DNA of 63,772 nt, filler included, from Lama guanicoe (GCA_013239625.1; 164 parts of 164 records of this genome joined end to end with filler, not necessarily neighbours in it), one strand, 5' to 3'; positions 1-11,957 are shown, counted from the whole stretch's first letter. Translations and numbers: made by a program. The notes: generated from the sequence alone by a model not told the origin.

Positions 1-549
1 AACTGAGTCTGCTGGCAAAGAAGCAAGCAAAGAAGGCTGGTCAAGAAGACGAGGGAGCCAAGAGGCACAGAGGGGCAAAGATGAGGGCCGCCTGGCCCCG
101 AGGAGCTGGGAGTCCTCTGGACCCCCAGAGCTTGCACTTGCAGTCTCTGGAGGCCTGGAGGCACCTTGTTCTCAGGCTATGTGAGATTTCTGTTTCATTT
201 TGCTCATATGAACCCCCTTCCCCCATTTTCACACTGGAGCGAGCACATTTGTTTGGGTGTCTGTTGCTTGATTAAAAAGCTTGACTAGANNNNNNNNNNN
301 NNNNNNNNNNNNNNNNNNNNNNNNNNNNNNNNNTTAATTAATTAANNNNNNNNNNNNNNNNNNNNNNNNNNNNNNNNNNNNNNNNNNNNGTTCTTTGGAA
401 TCGATGTTCTGATGCATGTTGAGGGATGGGATAGAGAAAGGAGAAAGTTTTGACTGCCAAGAAAGGGTTGATTGAGGACTGTAATATTCCATATCCATAA
501 TTATTATTGGCTTGTGCTAATAAAGTATAAGAAATATTTAAAATTTTAA

Positions 550-678
<129 letters not shown>

Positions 679-1175
679 NNNNNNNNNNNNNNNNNNNNNN
701 NNNNNNNNNNNNNNNNNNNNNNTTAATTAATTAANNNNNNNNNNNNNNNNNNNNNNNNNNNNNNNNNNNNNNNNNNNNTTGGGAACATCAAGGAGTAGAA
801 TCGTGGCCGCTGCCCACAGAGAAGATGACACAGTCGTGCAGAAAGGGGAGGGAAGCCAGGGAGCCCATGGGAAGCGAGATGGAGGAGCTGATCTGGGCTA
901 AGCGTCACATACCGGGTACACTGAGGCAGCCCTGGAAAGGATGGTGGCTGGACAAGGAAAACGCGTGTGGAGGTTGTGGCACAGATGTGACCAAGGAGGC
1001 ATGGACTGGGTTAGGAGTACCGGAAGGCTCGGGCAAGGGAACTGTGGGGCAGGACTGGAGGGTTGACNNNNNNNNNNNNNNNNNNNNNNNNNNNNNNNNN
1101 NNNNNNNNNNNTTAATTAATTAANNNNNNNNNNNNNNNNNNNNNNNNNNNNNNNNNNNNNNNNNNNNGGGGCTCT

Positions 1176-1307
1176 GCTGTCCCTGCCCTGCGGCCGGTGC
1201 GGTTCACCTGGGGGCCCGGCCGGGGCGGTGAGGGACGCAAGCTGTCCCTGCCCTGCGGCCGGTGTGGTTCACCTGGGGGCCTGGCCGGGGGCGGTGAGGA
1301 ACACAAG
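1176..1307 (+). repeat. GC-rich minisatellite, two copies of a ~65-bp unit
   Basis: GCTGTCCCTGCCCTGCGGCCGGTG(C/T)GGTTCACCTGGGGGCC... starts at 1176 and again at 1241. Confidence 0.85.
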
Positions 1308-3890
1308 GCCACAGGACAGCAGAGTTGAGGGAGCCACATGGTGGACAGGGGGCAGGAGCACGGAAGGTGGGGGAGCATCTCCCAGGGCAGGTTAAGCTGT
1401 GTCCTCTGTCCCCACGTGGGTTGCCGGGGAGCGCTCTGGCCCAGAGACTTCAGAGGNNNNNNNNNNNNNNNNNNNNNNNNNNNNNNNNNNNNNNNNNNNN
1501 TTAATTAATTAANNNNNNNNNNNNNNNNNNNNNNNNNNNNNNNNNNNNNNNNNNNNGGACCTCGAACTTTAGGCCAGCTAGAAGAGCCCGCCTTGCGGCT
1601 CCTCAAACATCCATGGCACACCCGCTTGAACTACCTGAAAATCAAGCTAAGTACGGCCACATCTGGGTAGGTTGTGTCAGATACCCACATTGCGGCCCTC
1701 GTGCCCAGACCCTGATTCTGACGGTGCCCACGCTGGGACACCACAGAAGAGGAGCACCCCATCCTGGACGTCAACGTGTCATGTGGACTGGCTGCATACA
1801 TGCAATTCTTTCTCTGTGGAAAGCTTGGTGTGATGGAGCCCTGTCNNNNNNNNNNNNNNNNNNNNNNNNNNNNNNNNNNNNNNNNNNNNTTAATTAATTA
1901 ANNNNNNNNNNNNNNNNNNNNNNNNNNNNNNNNNNNNNNNNNNNNGGGGGAAGTCTCAATCCTGCAAATAACACCAACGGGATTTTAGCTCATGGAAAAT
2001 CCCACGGTGTGTGATGAGACAGAGGAGCAGCTCTGACAGCTTACAGGGCAGAACCGACCCAGTGTGGGATAGAGAACATGATGCCAGGACTGTGGTGCGA
2101 ATTGGTCCTGCAGAGAAGTAGGCATTTTCACTGCGGGCTCTCTCCCTTCCAGCCTCTATTCCCTACTATAAATGCACCATCTCTAAGAGTCAGGCTTTTC
2201 TGCCCAGAGTACCACTGGAGGCAGCGGCCAAGACNNNNNNNNNNNNNNNNNNNNNNNNNNNNNNNNNNNNNNNNNNNNTTAATTAATTAANNNNNNNNNN
2301 NNNNNNNNNNNNNNNNNNNNNNNNNNNNNNNNNNCAGTGAAACTGGCCTCTACAATGCATTGAATCAAGAAACCGTTGCTAAGGAGATGTGAGTCAGAGC
2401 CAAAACACTGTTCTTGACTTGGAATCTTTTCCCACTCCAAGTAAACTCTTCTTTCAACACAGAGGAGCCCAGAGGAATTGTCCCCCCCCCACCCCCACCC
2501 CGGTTCTTCGAGCCTTGGGAGGTCAGCCCTGTATGTGCTCAGGGAGAGATGGAGCCTCTAGGACCCGGGATGAACCACAGGGGGCGGGGCTGTGGTTCTG
2601 CAGTCTCATTGGGCAGTAGGACANNNNNNNNNNNNNNNNNNNNNNNNNNNNNNNNNNNNNNNNNNNNTTAATTAATTAANNNNNNNNNNNNNNNNNNNNN
2701 NNNNNNNNNNNNNNNNNNNNNNNAGCATCCGGGTGTGATTTTTAATGCCCATGTCTACCTGTAGAAATGCTGCTGATCAAACATCACCTTTTCTGTGAGC
2801 CTTTCCTTGTTGCTCCCTTCCTTAGTACTCTTCACCCAGCACCGACGTTAACAATTTTTGCGCTATCTGCTATATCTACACCAGCTGTGAAGGAATAGTG
2901 AGAGATGCTGAGGAATCGTGAGGCCAGTGATTGAGAACAATCAGCAAAAGAGAGGTTGAGGTCCTGACGAGTAATGGTGGGAGATGGTAGAGACTGGAAA
3001 ATGGTGACCCAANNNNNNNNNNNNNNNNNNNNNNNNNNNNNNNNNNNNNNNNNNNNTTAATTAATTAANNNNNNNNNNNNNNNNNNNNNNNNNNNNNNNN
3101 NNNNNNNNNNNNAATAAATGAATAAAATAAACCAACTTCATGCTGGAACAGTCTACAGCGTACTCTCCTGGCTCATATGGACAAAAATTCTGTACGTGTT
3201 ACCCAGACAGTCCGACACTTTTTTCCTGCTGGTGGTGTCGTTCTGTGGGACGCCTGTTAGATCCCCACCCCCGGGGCTTGATTACAGGCATCTGATGGCT
3301 CTCTTGGCCCCTAGAACACAACATAGTAAAGACACAGTGTCCTCCCCTCCTACACCTTGGGCTCCATTTGCCTGTAACCGCTCAGCTCAGGATTCATTCT
3401 TNNNNNNNNNNNNNNNNNNNNNNNNNNNNNNNNNNNNNNNNNNNNTTAATTAATTAANNNNNNNNNNNNNNNNNNNNNNNNNNNNNNNNNNNNNNNNNNN
3501 NAAAAAAAAAATGGAGATAGGTACATAGTTCCCTAACTGCCTGGATAAATCCATGGATTTAATGTCCCTGAAGGCAAATAAACTTTTAGAGAAACACATT
3601 GTTCCCACTGACTTTCTAATGCTACCCATCATTGATATCTTTTCTCTGTGATCAAAACCCTTCTCTACATTAGTCATCTTACAAGTATATACCTATAGGC
3701 AAGTTGGAAAAATCTTTTACTTGAGAATTCCACCATTACCTCAAACTCAGTATATTTCTGGCAGTAGAGAATGGTGTAGAGAAAAAAAAANNNNNNNNNN
3801 NNNNNNNNNNNNNNNNNNNNNNNNNNNNNNNNNNTTAATTAATTAANNNNNNNNNNNNNNNNNNNNNNNNNNNNNNNNNNNNNNNNNNNN

Positions 3891-4179
3891 CTTCTTGCTC
3901 AGTAAAACCTAACCTTAAAGATTGATCCTTTTTAATAGGAGCTACTGCTACTATCCCAAATATTATTCCCATTGCTCTAACATGGACCAAACAGCAACCT
4001 GTTTGGGTGGAGCAATAGCCCCTTCCTAAAGAGAAACTACAAGCATTACAAAAATTGGCTACAGGACAACTAAAGCTGGGTCATTTGAAACTTTCTACTA
4101 GTCCTTAAAACACACCTCTTTTTGTAATTGAAAAATCAGAAAAATGGAGGTTATTGCAAGATTTGCGTGCTATAAATGC
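3891..4179 (+). mobile_element. Class II (betaretrovirus-like) endogenous retrovirus, protease C-terminus / reverse transcriptase N-terminus, defective
   Basis: Frame from 3929 reads FLIGATATIPNIIPIALTWTKQQPVWVEQ*PLPKEKLQALQKLATGQLKLGHLKLSTSP*NTPLFVIEKSEKWRLLQDLRAIN, matching the betaretroviral RT motifs PVWVxQWPL, SPWNTP and KWRLLQDLRAVN. The upstream frame from 3891 reads LLAQ*NLTLKIDPF* (end of pro). Confidence 0.93.
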
Positions 4180-4668
4180 NNNNNNNNNNNNNNNNNNNNN
4201 NNNNNNNNNNNNNNNNNNNNNNNTTAATTAATTAANNNNNNNNNNNNNNNNNNNNNNNNNNNNNNNNNNNNNNNNNNNNGGGGCTGTGGCCTGGATCCTC
4301 AGGTTCCCGAGGAGTCCCAGAGCCTCCTGGGGTCTGCAGGAGAGATGGGCCCAGCCGGAGGGCCCAAGGCGAAGGCAAGGGCTGGAAGTCCGTGTGTAAG
4401 TGTCAGGAGGATACAGTGCTCGGAGGCAAGAAAGGAGTAGACCTGTGTTAGGAAGCGACGGGGGCACCGCGGGGCTCGTCAGGAGGCCTGGTGCCCTTTG
4501 CACTGTGAAGCACGAAGAGTGTTCCAGGGAGCTGGAGGGGCGATTCCGAGACTCCTGGGGGAGGCCCANNNNNNNNNNNNNNNNNNNNNNNNNNNNNNNN
4601 NNNNNNNNNNNNTTAATTAATTAANNNNNNNNNNNNNNNNNNNNNNNNNNNNNNNNNNNNNNNNNNNN

Positions 4669-4957
4669 GTCCCCCTCCCCCCGGCCGGCCGCGGAGGGGG
4701 AGGGGTCCCCACGCCTCACCTACGGCTCCGCCCTCCCCGGGGGCGCGCTGCCCTGCCCCAGCCAGGGCCGTGAGGAGGAGCAGGCGGAGGGGAGCGAAGG
4801 GGCCCGGCCCCGCGGCGGACGGGAAGCTCTAGATGACGCCCGGCCCCGAGCTGCCCCCACCGCGGCCGCCTCACCCTCCTCAGGGCTGCCGCTGCCGCTG
4901 CCTCCCGGGCCCCGCCGCCGCCGCCACTACCGCCGCCGCCGCCACAGCCACAGCCCG
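4669..4957 (-). promoter_or_regulatory. CpG-island fragment, probable first exon/5' UTR with (GGC)n tracts and candidate splice donors
   Basis: Very GC- and CpG-rich; (GCC)n runs at ~4912-4943; minus-strand G|GTGAGG donor-like sites at 4874-4869 and 4719-4714. Confidence 0.55.
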
Positions 4958-5446
4958 NNNNNNNNNNNNNNNNNNNNNNNNNNNNNNNNNNNNNNNNNNN
5001 NTTAATTAATTAANNNNNNNNNNNNNNNNNNNNNNNNNNNNNNNNNNNNNNNNNNNNTTGAGCAGGGACACCCCCATTTCTCCTAGGGTGACCCGTACAT
5101 CAAAAGACCACTCCCCCACATTGTGGGGTCACCTGCAGGGCTTCTTTGGCCCTTCGCCCCATGGTTCTAAAAGGGCCGGCCAGGGGCCTTCAGCCTGAAC
5201 CTGGTCCTTCCATGTCCATGCGTTCTGTTGTCCTGAGTTCAAAACCCTGGGGGCACGTATTATTAACGCACACCCTACTATTGATATATCGGAGGCATCA
5301 TTCATGGGCCCAACCCTGAGCCTCCAAGAGCTCCCTCGCAATAACTNNNNNNNNNNNNNNNNNNNNNNNNNNNNNNNNNNNNNNNNNNNNTTAATTAATT
5401 AANNNNNNNNNNNNNNNNNNNNNNNNNNNNNNNNNNNNNNNNNNNN

Positions 5447-5734
5447 AATAAACAAACTTATGGTTACTAGGTGGGGGAAGGGGTGGGACAGGATAAATTG
5501 GGAGCTCAAGACTTGCAAATATTAACTACTATATGTAAAATAAATTAAAAAGCACAAATTTCTTCTGTATAGCACAGGATATATTCAATATCTTGTTGTA
5601 ACCTAGAATGAAAAACATATGAAAATGAATATATGTGTGTATTTGTATGACTGAAATGTTATTCTGTACACCAGAAATCGACACATTGTAACTGACTATA
5701 CTTCAATTTTAATAATAATAATAATAATAATAAT
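5447..5734 (+). mobile_element. L1 3' UTR/terminus (young camelid-type L1) with (AAT)n tail
   Basis: TTATGGTTAC...GGATAAATTGGGAG...CTGTATAGCACAGG...ACACATTGTAACTGACTATACTTCAAT followed by (AAT)8. The same element appears at 28396 and 49836. Confidence 0.85.
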
Positions 5735-6223
5735 NNNNNNNNNNNNNNNNNNNNNNNNNNNNNNNNNNNNNNNNNNNNTTAATTAATTAANNNNNNNNNN
5801 NNNNNNNNNNNNNNNNNNNNNNNNNNNNNNNNNNGTGAGGTTGGCATGATCTAAACACAAGGGCATTGGTGATAAGACCACAGGCCAAATCCTCCTCTGT
5901 CTGTAAACTCTCCATTTTCACCTTGTTCAACGGCCTCCATGACCACTGAATTAAGTATAAACTTCCCACGGGCCTTAGCTGTAGGATGACCTCCAATCTG
6001 TCTTTTCAGTTCCGCCTTAAAAGATGTTTCACACCTGTCCCTAGCTCCAGCCAAACAGGACAATGCGTTGCTGCCTGTGTGCCCCTCTGCCTTGGCCCTT
6101 GATAATCATGGTAATTGACACTTNNNNNNNNNNNNNNNNNNNNNNNNNNNNNNNNNNNNNNNNNNNNTTAATTAATTAANNNNNNNNNNNNNNNNNNNNN
6201 NNNNNNNNNNNNNNNNNNNNNNN

Positions 6224-6512
6224 ATAAAGGATATATTTTTCTTTCCTTGTACTCTAAGGTTTTAGGAATTAAATCTTCGGAGAGTGGTTCACTTTCTCTG
6301 TGGGCTGACTTCCTAGATACATACTTTTGATTTCTTCTTGCTGATGTAAGGATGGTCTTGATTATTTTCAAATCCGTGTTAGCAAATCTGTTGTCATCTT
6401 CCATTTGTACAGTGTGTTAAAATTCTGGTGCATTTTCTATACTTAACTGAGAAACATCTATCATAAGTGGACATTCTGCTTAATTTTTTAAAAACCACAT
6501 GCGTTTCGTCTC
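6224..6512 (-). repeat. Copy A of a duplicated segment (reverse complement of 54123-54412)
   Basis: Manual alignment gives 13 substitutions and 1 indel over ~290 bp, with identical contig boundaries. Confidence 0.95.
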
Positions 6513-7049
6513 NNNNNNNNNNNNNNNNNNNNNNNNNNNNNNNNNNNNNNNNNNNNTTAATTAATTAANNNNNNNNNNNNNNNNNNNNNNNNNNNNNNNN
6601 NNNNNNNNNNNNTTGTTGTTGTTGTTCTTAGCCCAGCTCCTGTGAAAAGCTGCCACAGCTTTGCTGACCTCAGGTCAGGGCTTTCATTAATGCCTCTTCT
6701 GAATGCCAGAGGCCCCAGGCACCACATTCGTGCCCCCACGTGCAGGCTCCACCTCCTCTGAGCTCCGCTCACAGGGTCTTCTCCACCACCAGATCTTCCC
6801 AGCCCCTCCCTGGAGTGGCCCCATCATTCTTCAATCCTGCTAGCAACGCCAGCTCCCATTCCAGCCCCCTCGCTCCAGATATCTTCACCCTCCCCCTTGC
6901 CNNNNNNNNNNNNNNNNNNNNNNNNNNNNNNNNNNNNNNNNNNNNTTAATTAATTAANNNNNNNNNNNNNNNNNNNNNNNNNNNNNNNNNNNNNNNNNNN
7001 NAGAGTTAAAATTATGATGTCCTAAGGAGTTAAATCAAAATATGAAATG

Positions 7050-7290
7050 ACTCTCGCGGGGAGGGGCCGGGGGCGGGAGCGAGCGCGCTTGCGCGCTGCA
7101 CGGCCTTTTCCCCAGTTCACGTGTCCGGAGGCTGGACTGCGGGTTTGTCCTTGTGGCAGCGGCGGGAGGGGAGAGTACGAACTGCGGGGACCGGAGTCAT
7201 GGCAGGACAGGCATTTAGAAAGTTTCTCCCCCTCTTTGACAGCGTATTAGTTGAAAGGAGTGCAGCCGAAACTGTAACCAAAGGAGGCAT
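7050..7290 (+). pseudogene. HSPE1: HSPE1 (mitochondrial Hsp10) processed retrocopy, 5' part
   Basis: ATG at 7199 begins MAGQAFRKFLPLFDSVLVERSAAETVTKGG(I); HSPE1 has ...FDRVLVERS.... The ATG is joined directly to GCAGGA, whereas intron 1 follows the ATG in the parent gene. The GC-rich leader abuts an AT-rich flank at ~7050. Confidence 0.9.
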
Positions 7291-9899
7291 NNNNNNNNNN
7301 NNNNNNNNNNNNNNNNNNNNNNNNNNNNNNNNNNTTAATTAATTAANNNNNNNNNNNNNNNNNNNNNNNNNNNNNNNNNNNNNNNNNNNNATTGTCTAGT
7401 TAGAGTCTTGTGAGGTTCAGATAGACAATATTGGTAAGGATTAGCATTTGGAAGAAGATTCAGCTTAGTATTATTTTAAAAAATTTATCACAATCCCAAA
7501 GAAAAAGTTAAAAAATGAATCTTAAGTCACCAAGTAAACATCAATATCATTGATTTTTTTTCTGAAAAACTACACATATAATGTCAAAACATGAAGAAGT
7601 AGGACTTTGAGTGAATGTGACGAATCATGTCATGCATAACGATGCTGTTTTGTTTATTACATGGCAAGAAGTAAAGGTCNNNNNNNNNNNNNNNNNNNNN
7701 NNNNNNNNNNNNNNNNNNNNNNNTTAATTAATTAANNNNNNNNNNNNNNNNNNNNNNNNNNNNNNNNNNNNNNNNNNNNTTCTTTTCTCTCACTCTCCTC
7801 CGGCATTTAACACAAGCTACCGTACTAGAAGTTACCCTTTAGGTAGAGGCCTCCATACCTCTCAAGCGGGAACCTGTTAGTTTGTAAATTTTTAGCACCC
7901 TCAACTGTTCCCGACCCAGTGCCTTGTACACCGAGAGTTTGACAGCTGTTGGCAATCATGACCACCTTAGTCTGAAGTAGCTAACCCATCCCCCTACTGG
8001 TAGGCTCCTGGGCCGGCTTCCTCACCGAAGCCCCTATGATGCACGAGGGAAGGGGGACGACTTCAACGNNNNNNNNNNNNNNNNNNNNNNNNNNNNNNNN
8101 NNNNNNNNNNNNTTAATTAATTAANNNNNNNNNNNNNNNNNNNNNNNNNNNNNNNNNNNNNNNNNNNNGAATGAGCCCTGGCTGGGATCAGGAAGTGACA
8201 GGAAATAATAAAATGTCTGTGTGTGCCTGCTTTTCTAATTCCTCTGCTTTACCCGTCGTAACTGTGGTCTCCTTTCGGTATTAGGGACGTAAGTCACATA
8301 AGATATTGTGAGATCTTTTTGATACTTCCCGTGTGAAAGAAGGGTCCTCGGGACGTGCTGTGGCTTGTGAAGCTTTCTTCTTAAGACTGATCGAGTGGCC
8401 TGTCTGTTCATTTATGACGTGGCAGCTAATCACTGCTCGGTAGATCTTTTTCTTCTANNNNNNNNNNNNNNNNNNNNNNNNNNNNNNNNNNNNNNNNNNN
8501 NTTAATTAATTAANNNNNNNNNNNNNNNNNNNNNNNNNNNNNNNNNNNNNNNNNNNNTTCAGATTAGCTGTCAACATAAGCCCACCTTCCCTCCTGTGCT
8601 GTGTCCCACAGGCCATGGAGATGCTGTTTCTATTAAGCAGATATCGCCATTTCTCCTATTTCTCTCCCTGCATGTTCCTTCAACTTTTTTTTTAATAGAA
8701 AAAAAATAATTAGAAGTCACCAGTATATTCTTTCTCCTACCAAGTTGCAATTTGACGTAGCAGAAGGCAAAAAGTAGTTAGGTAGACTTGTCTCCGCTTT
8801 CTTGTTAACTTTTATGATCAGATCAGCCCCATAGCTCAGGATAACTNNNNNNNNNNNNNNNNNNNNNNNNNNNNNNNNNNNNNNNNNNNNTTAATTAATT
8901 AANNNNNNNNNNNNNNNNNNNNNNNNNNNNNNNNNNNNNNNNNNNNAGAGAAATGTATATATATATTTTTCTTTTTTGGTCATTGAGTCAGTTTTGTGTT
9001 CAGATGCAAGAAACAAAATAGTGGCTTAAATCACAGGGACATTTAATGTTTAAGTCTAGAAATTGCAGACTGGCTAAAGAATCCGTTTGGTGGCTCAGCA
9101 CATCTCTGGTCTGTGTGTCTGTGGTTTTCTTTGCCCATTTCTCATGGCTGCAAAATGGCTGCTGTACCTCATTTCCTAACATCATCACACAGCCCAAGAA
9201 CATTCCAAGCTGGAAGGAAGGCGATAGGGAGAAAANNNNNNNNNNNNNNNNNNNNNNNNNNNNNNNNNNNNNNNNNNNNTTAATTAATTAANNNNNNNNN
9301 NNNNNNNNNNNNNNNNNNNNNNNNNNNNNNNNNNNTTTTTTTCCCTTGAAAATCGTTCTCCTTCACCTCAATTTTTTAACTCTGCATTTTCCTGAGTTCA
9401 ATATTTTCTCTCCTGAATACTGAGACTAATTTTGATAGTCTGGTATATTTTATATGGTTTCTCTAAATCTTTTGCCTCTCTGTAGAATTGACTTCCAAAT
9501 TCAACTTCCTATCTTAGGTATTCCTTCTAAATGCAACTCTGTGTTTAGAAAGAAATCCATTTGGGTGTCTAATAAAATCTCAATATTCCAAGATTGGAAT
9601 CCTTATCTCTCATCTACCTACCAANNNNNNNNNNNNNNNNNNNNNNNNNNNNNNNNNNNNNNNNNNNNTTAATTAATTAANNNNNNNNNNNNNNNNNNNN
9701 NNNNNNNNNNNNNNNNNNNNNNNNCCCGACTTGTGAAAGTGTTTGTTACGTACCTTCTCAACACCAATGCCAACGCATGGAGATTCTTCTCCATCTGTGG
9801 CCGCCGTGCTTTCACGCTGCCGCTCCTCCACAGCCCCAGAGAACGGGCTGTAGGAAGATCTGACAAGGACGAGCGCAGGGTGGGCGTGCTGGGTATCAG

Positions 9900-10013
9900 C
9901 CCCCAGCTCGGAAAGGCCCTACATTTGGTTTAATGCTCTGCTCTCATCGTCTTGAGATTCTTAGTAATTCTGAAACAAGTGGCCCCGCATGTTCATTTGC
10001 ACTGGGCTCCATG
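9900..10013 (+). mobile_element. MER91A-like hAT DNA transposon fragment
   Basis: TTGGTTTAATGCTCTGCT...GTCTTGAGATTCTTAGTAATT...GGCCCCGCATGTTCATTTGCACTGGGC matches the recalled MER91A consensus. Confidence 0.7.
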
Positions 10014-10113
10014 NNNNNNNNNNNNNNNNNNNNNNNNNNNNNNNNNNNNNNNNNNNNTTAATTAATTAANNNNNNNNNNNNNNNNNNNNNNNNNNNNNNN
10101 NNNNNNNNNNNNN

Positions 10114-10401
10114 TAATTAAACTTAAAAGCTTTTGCACAGCAAAGGAAACCATAAACAAAATAGAAAGACAACCTTCAGAATGGGAGAAAATATTTGTAA
10201 ATGAGGAGACTAACAAGGGATTAAGTTCCAAAGTTGTATGTAACAGCTTATACAGCTAAAAAACAAACAAACAAACAAAAAACAAAAAACAAAAAAACCA
10301 AACAACCCAATTAAAAAAATGGGCAGAAGATCTAAATAGCCATTTCTCTGAAGAACACAGAGATGGCCAAAAGGTACATGAAAAGATGCTCAACATCATT
10401 A
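10114..10401 (+). mobile_element. L1 ORF2 3' fragment
   Basis: AAACTTAAAAGCTTTTGCACAGCAAAGGAAAC...GAATGGGAGAAAATATTTG...AAAAGATGCTCAACATCA. Confidence 0.92.
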
Positions 10402-10890
10402 NNNNNNNNNNNNNNNNNNNNNNNNNNNNNNNNNNNNNNNNNNNNTTAATTAATTAANNNNNNNNNNNNNNNNNNNNNNNNNNNNNNNNNNNNNNNNNNN
10501 NTTGTGAAATCTTTTACAAATCTAAAATTATTTTAAAATAGGAAGTTAAAATTAAAAGTGACTATAACTTATTAAAATCCAAACTTATTAGTAATGATAA
10601 TTAAAATTAAATGACAAATTAAAATAAGACATAATTTTTGCCTACTCATGTCTAAAAAAAGCAAAAATAAAAATGTTTAATCATCATAAACATATCCTCC
10701 CTACCCCACCTCAGGATTACATATTGTGCTTAGTTTTGTCTTGTTATTCTCCTCTAATCTAGAGCAATTCCACAACCCTTCTTTGTCTTTNNNNNNNNNN
10801 NNNNNNNNNNNNNNNNNNNNNNNNNNNNNNNNNNTTAATTAATTAANNNNNNNNNNNNNNNNNNNNNNNNNNNNNNNNNNNNNNNNNNNN

Positions 10891-11179
10891 TGTGTGAAAG
10901 CCACTCTTCACCTTGCTTGTTGGGAACACAAAGTTTCTTTTCAGCTGCCAACTCCACTACATATATATATATGAGGGGAGGTACAAGTTCCAACTCGGTT
11001 TCACAGTGAAAACTGCAGGAACAGCAAACCGGCATTAGGAAATTCACTGAGAAAGCAGACTAAGTGTTTCTCCAGCAACCCGTTCCCTGTGAGCTTGATG
11101 AACGTACGTCTCTACACCTGCTAAGTTCTGAGAGATAAATGTGTGTGAAAGACGTTCGTCACCCAGCTTCTTGGGAACA
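10891..11179 (+). repeat. Satellite family A, ~251-bp monomer
   Basis: TGTGTGAAAG...TTGGGAACA recurs at 10891 and 11142. Homologous to 54903-55192 and to the reverse strand of 12836-13124. Confidence 0.88.
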
Positions 11180-11668
11180 NNNNNNNNNNNNNNNNNNNNN
11201 NNNNNNNNNNNNNNNNNNNNNNNTTAATTAATTAANNNNNNNNNNNNNNNNNNNNNNNNNNNNNNNNNNNNNNNNNNNNTGTAACCTCTTTCAGGAGTCA
11301 TCCCTGACTCACATGTGTGCTTCCAAAGCACCTTATCAGATGACTTAACACATGGTCAAATACTTGCCTGTATTCTCCAGTAGTCTATTACTTTCCTCAA
11401 GATAAGGGACCACCTTTGGTTCACCAGGAACATTCTCGTGTGCAGCACTGAAATGATAAATCTTCTTCGTGAATATATCCTAAAAAGAATGTAGTACTTG
11501 CTTCCCTTGATGAGTATCTTTTTCCCAAAGAACTTACTGCTTCAAATTTAGGTTTTAAGTTAGAGTTTNNNNNNNNNNNNNNNNNNNNNNNNNNNNNNNN
11601 NNNNNNNNNNNNTTAATTAATTAANNNNNNNNNNNNNNNNNNNNNNNNNNNNNNNNNNNNNNNNNNNN

Positions 11669-11957
11669 CAGTCAACTAATCTTTGACAAAGGAAGCAAGA
11701 ATATACAATGGAAAAAGACAGTCTTGCAGTAAGTGGTGCTGGAAAACTGGACAGCTACCTGTAAAAGAATGATACTATAATATTATCTTAACACCATATA
11801 CAAAAATTAAAAAAAATTAAAGTGGATTAAAAGCCTAAATGTAGGAACAGAAACCATAAAGCTTCTAGAGGAAAACATAGGCAGACTATTCTTTGACATA
11901 GATCATAGCAATACTTTTATCTGTTTCCTAAAGCAAAGGAAATAAAGGCAAAAATAA
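11669..11957 (+). mobile_element. L1 ORF2 fragment
   Basis: CAACTAATCTTTGACAAAGGA...AAGTGGTGCTGGAAAACTGGACAGC...CTAGAGGAAAACATAGG. Confidence 0.9.
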
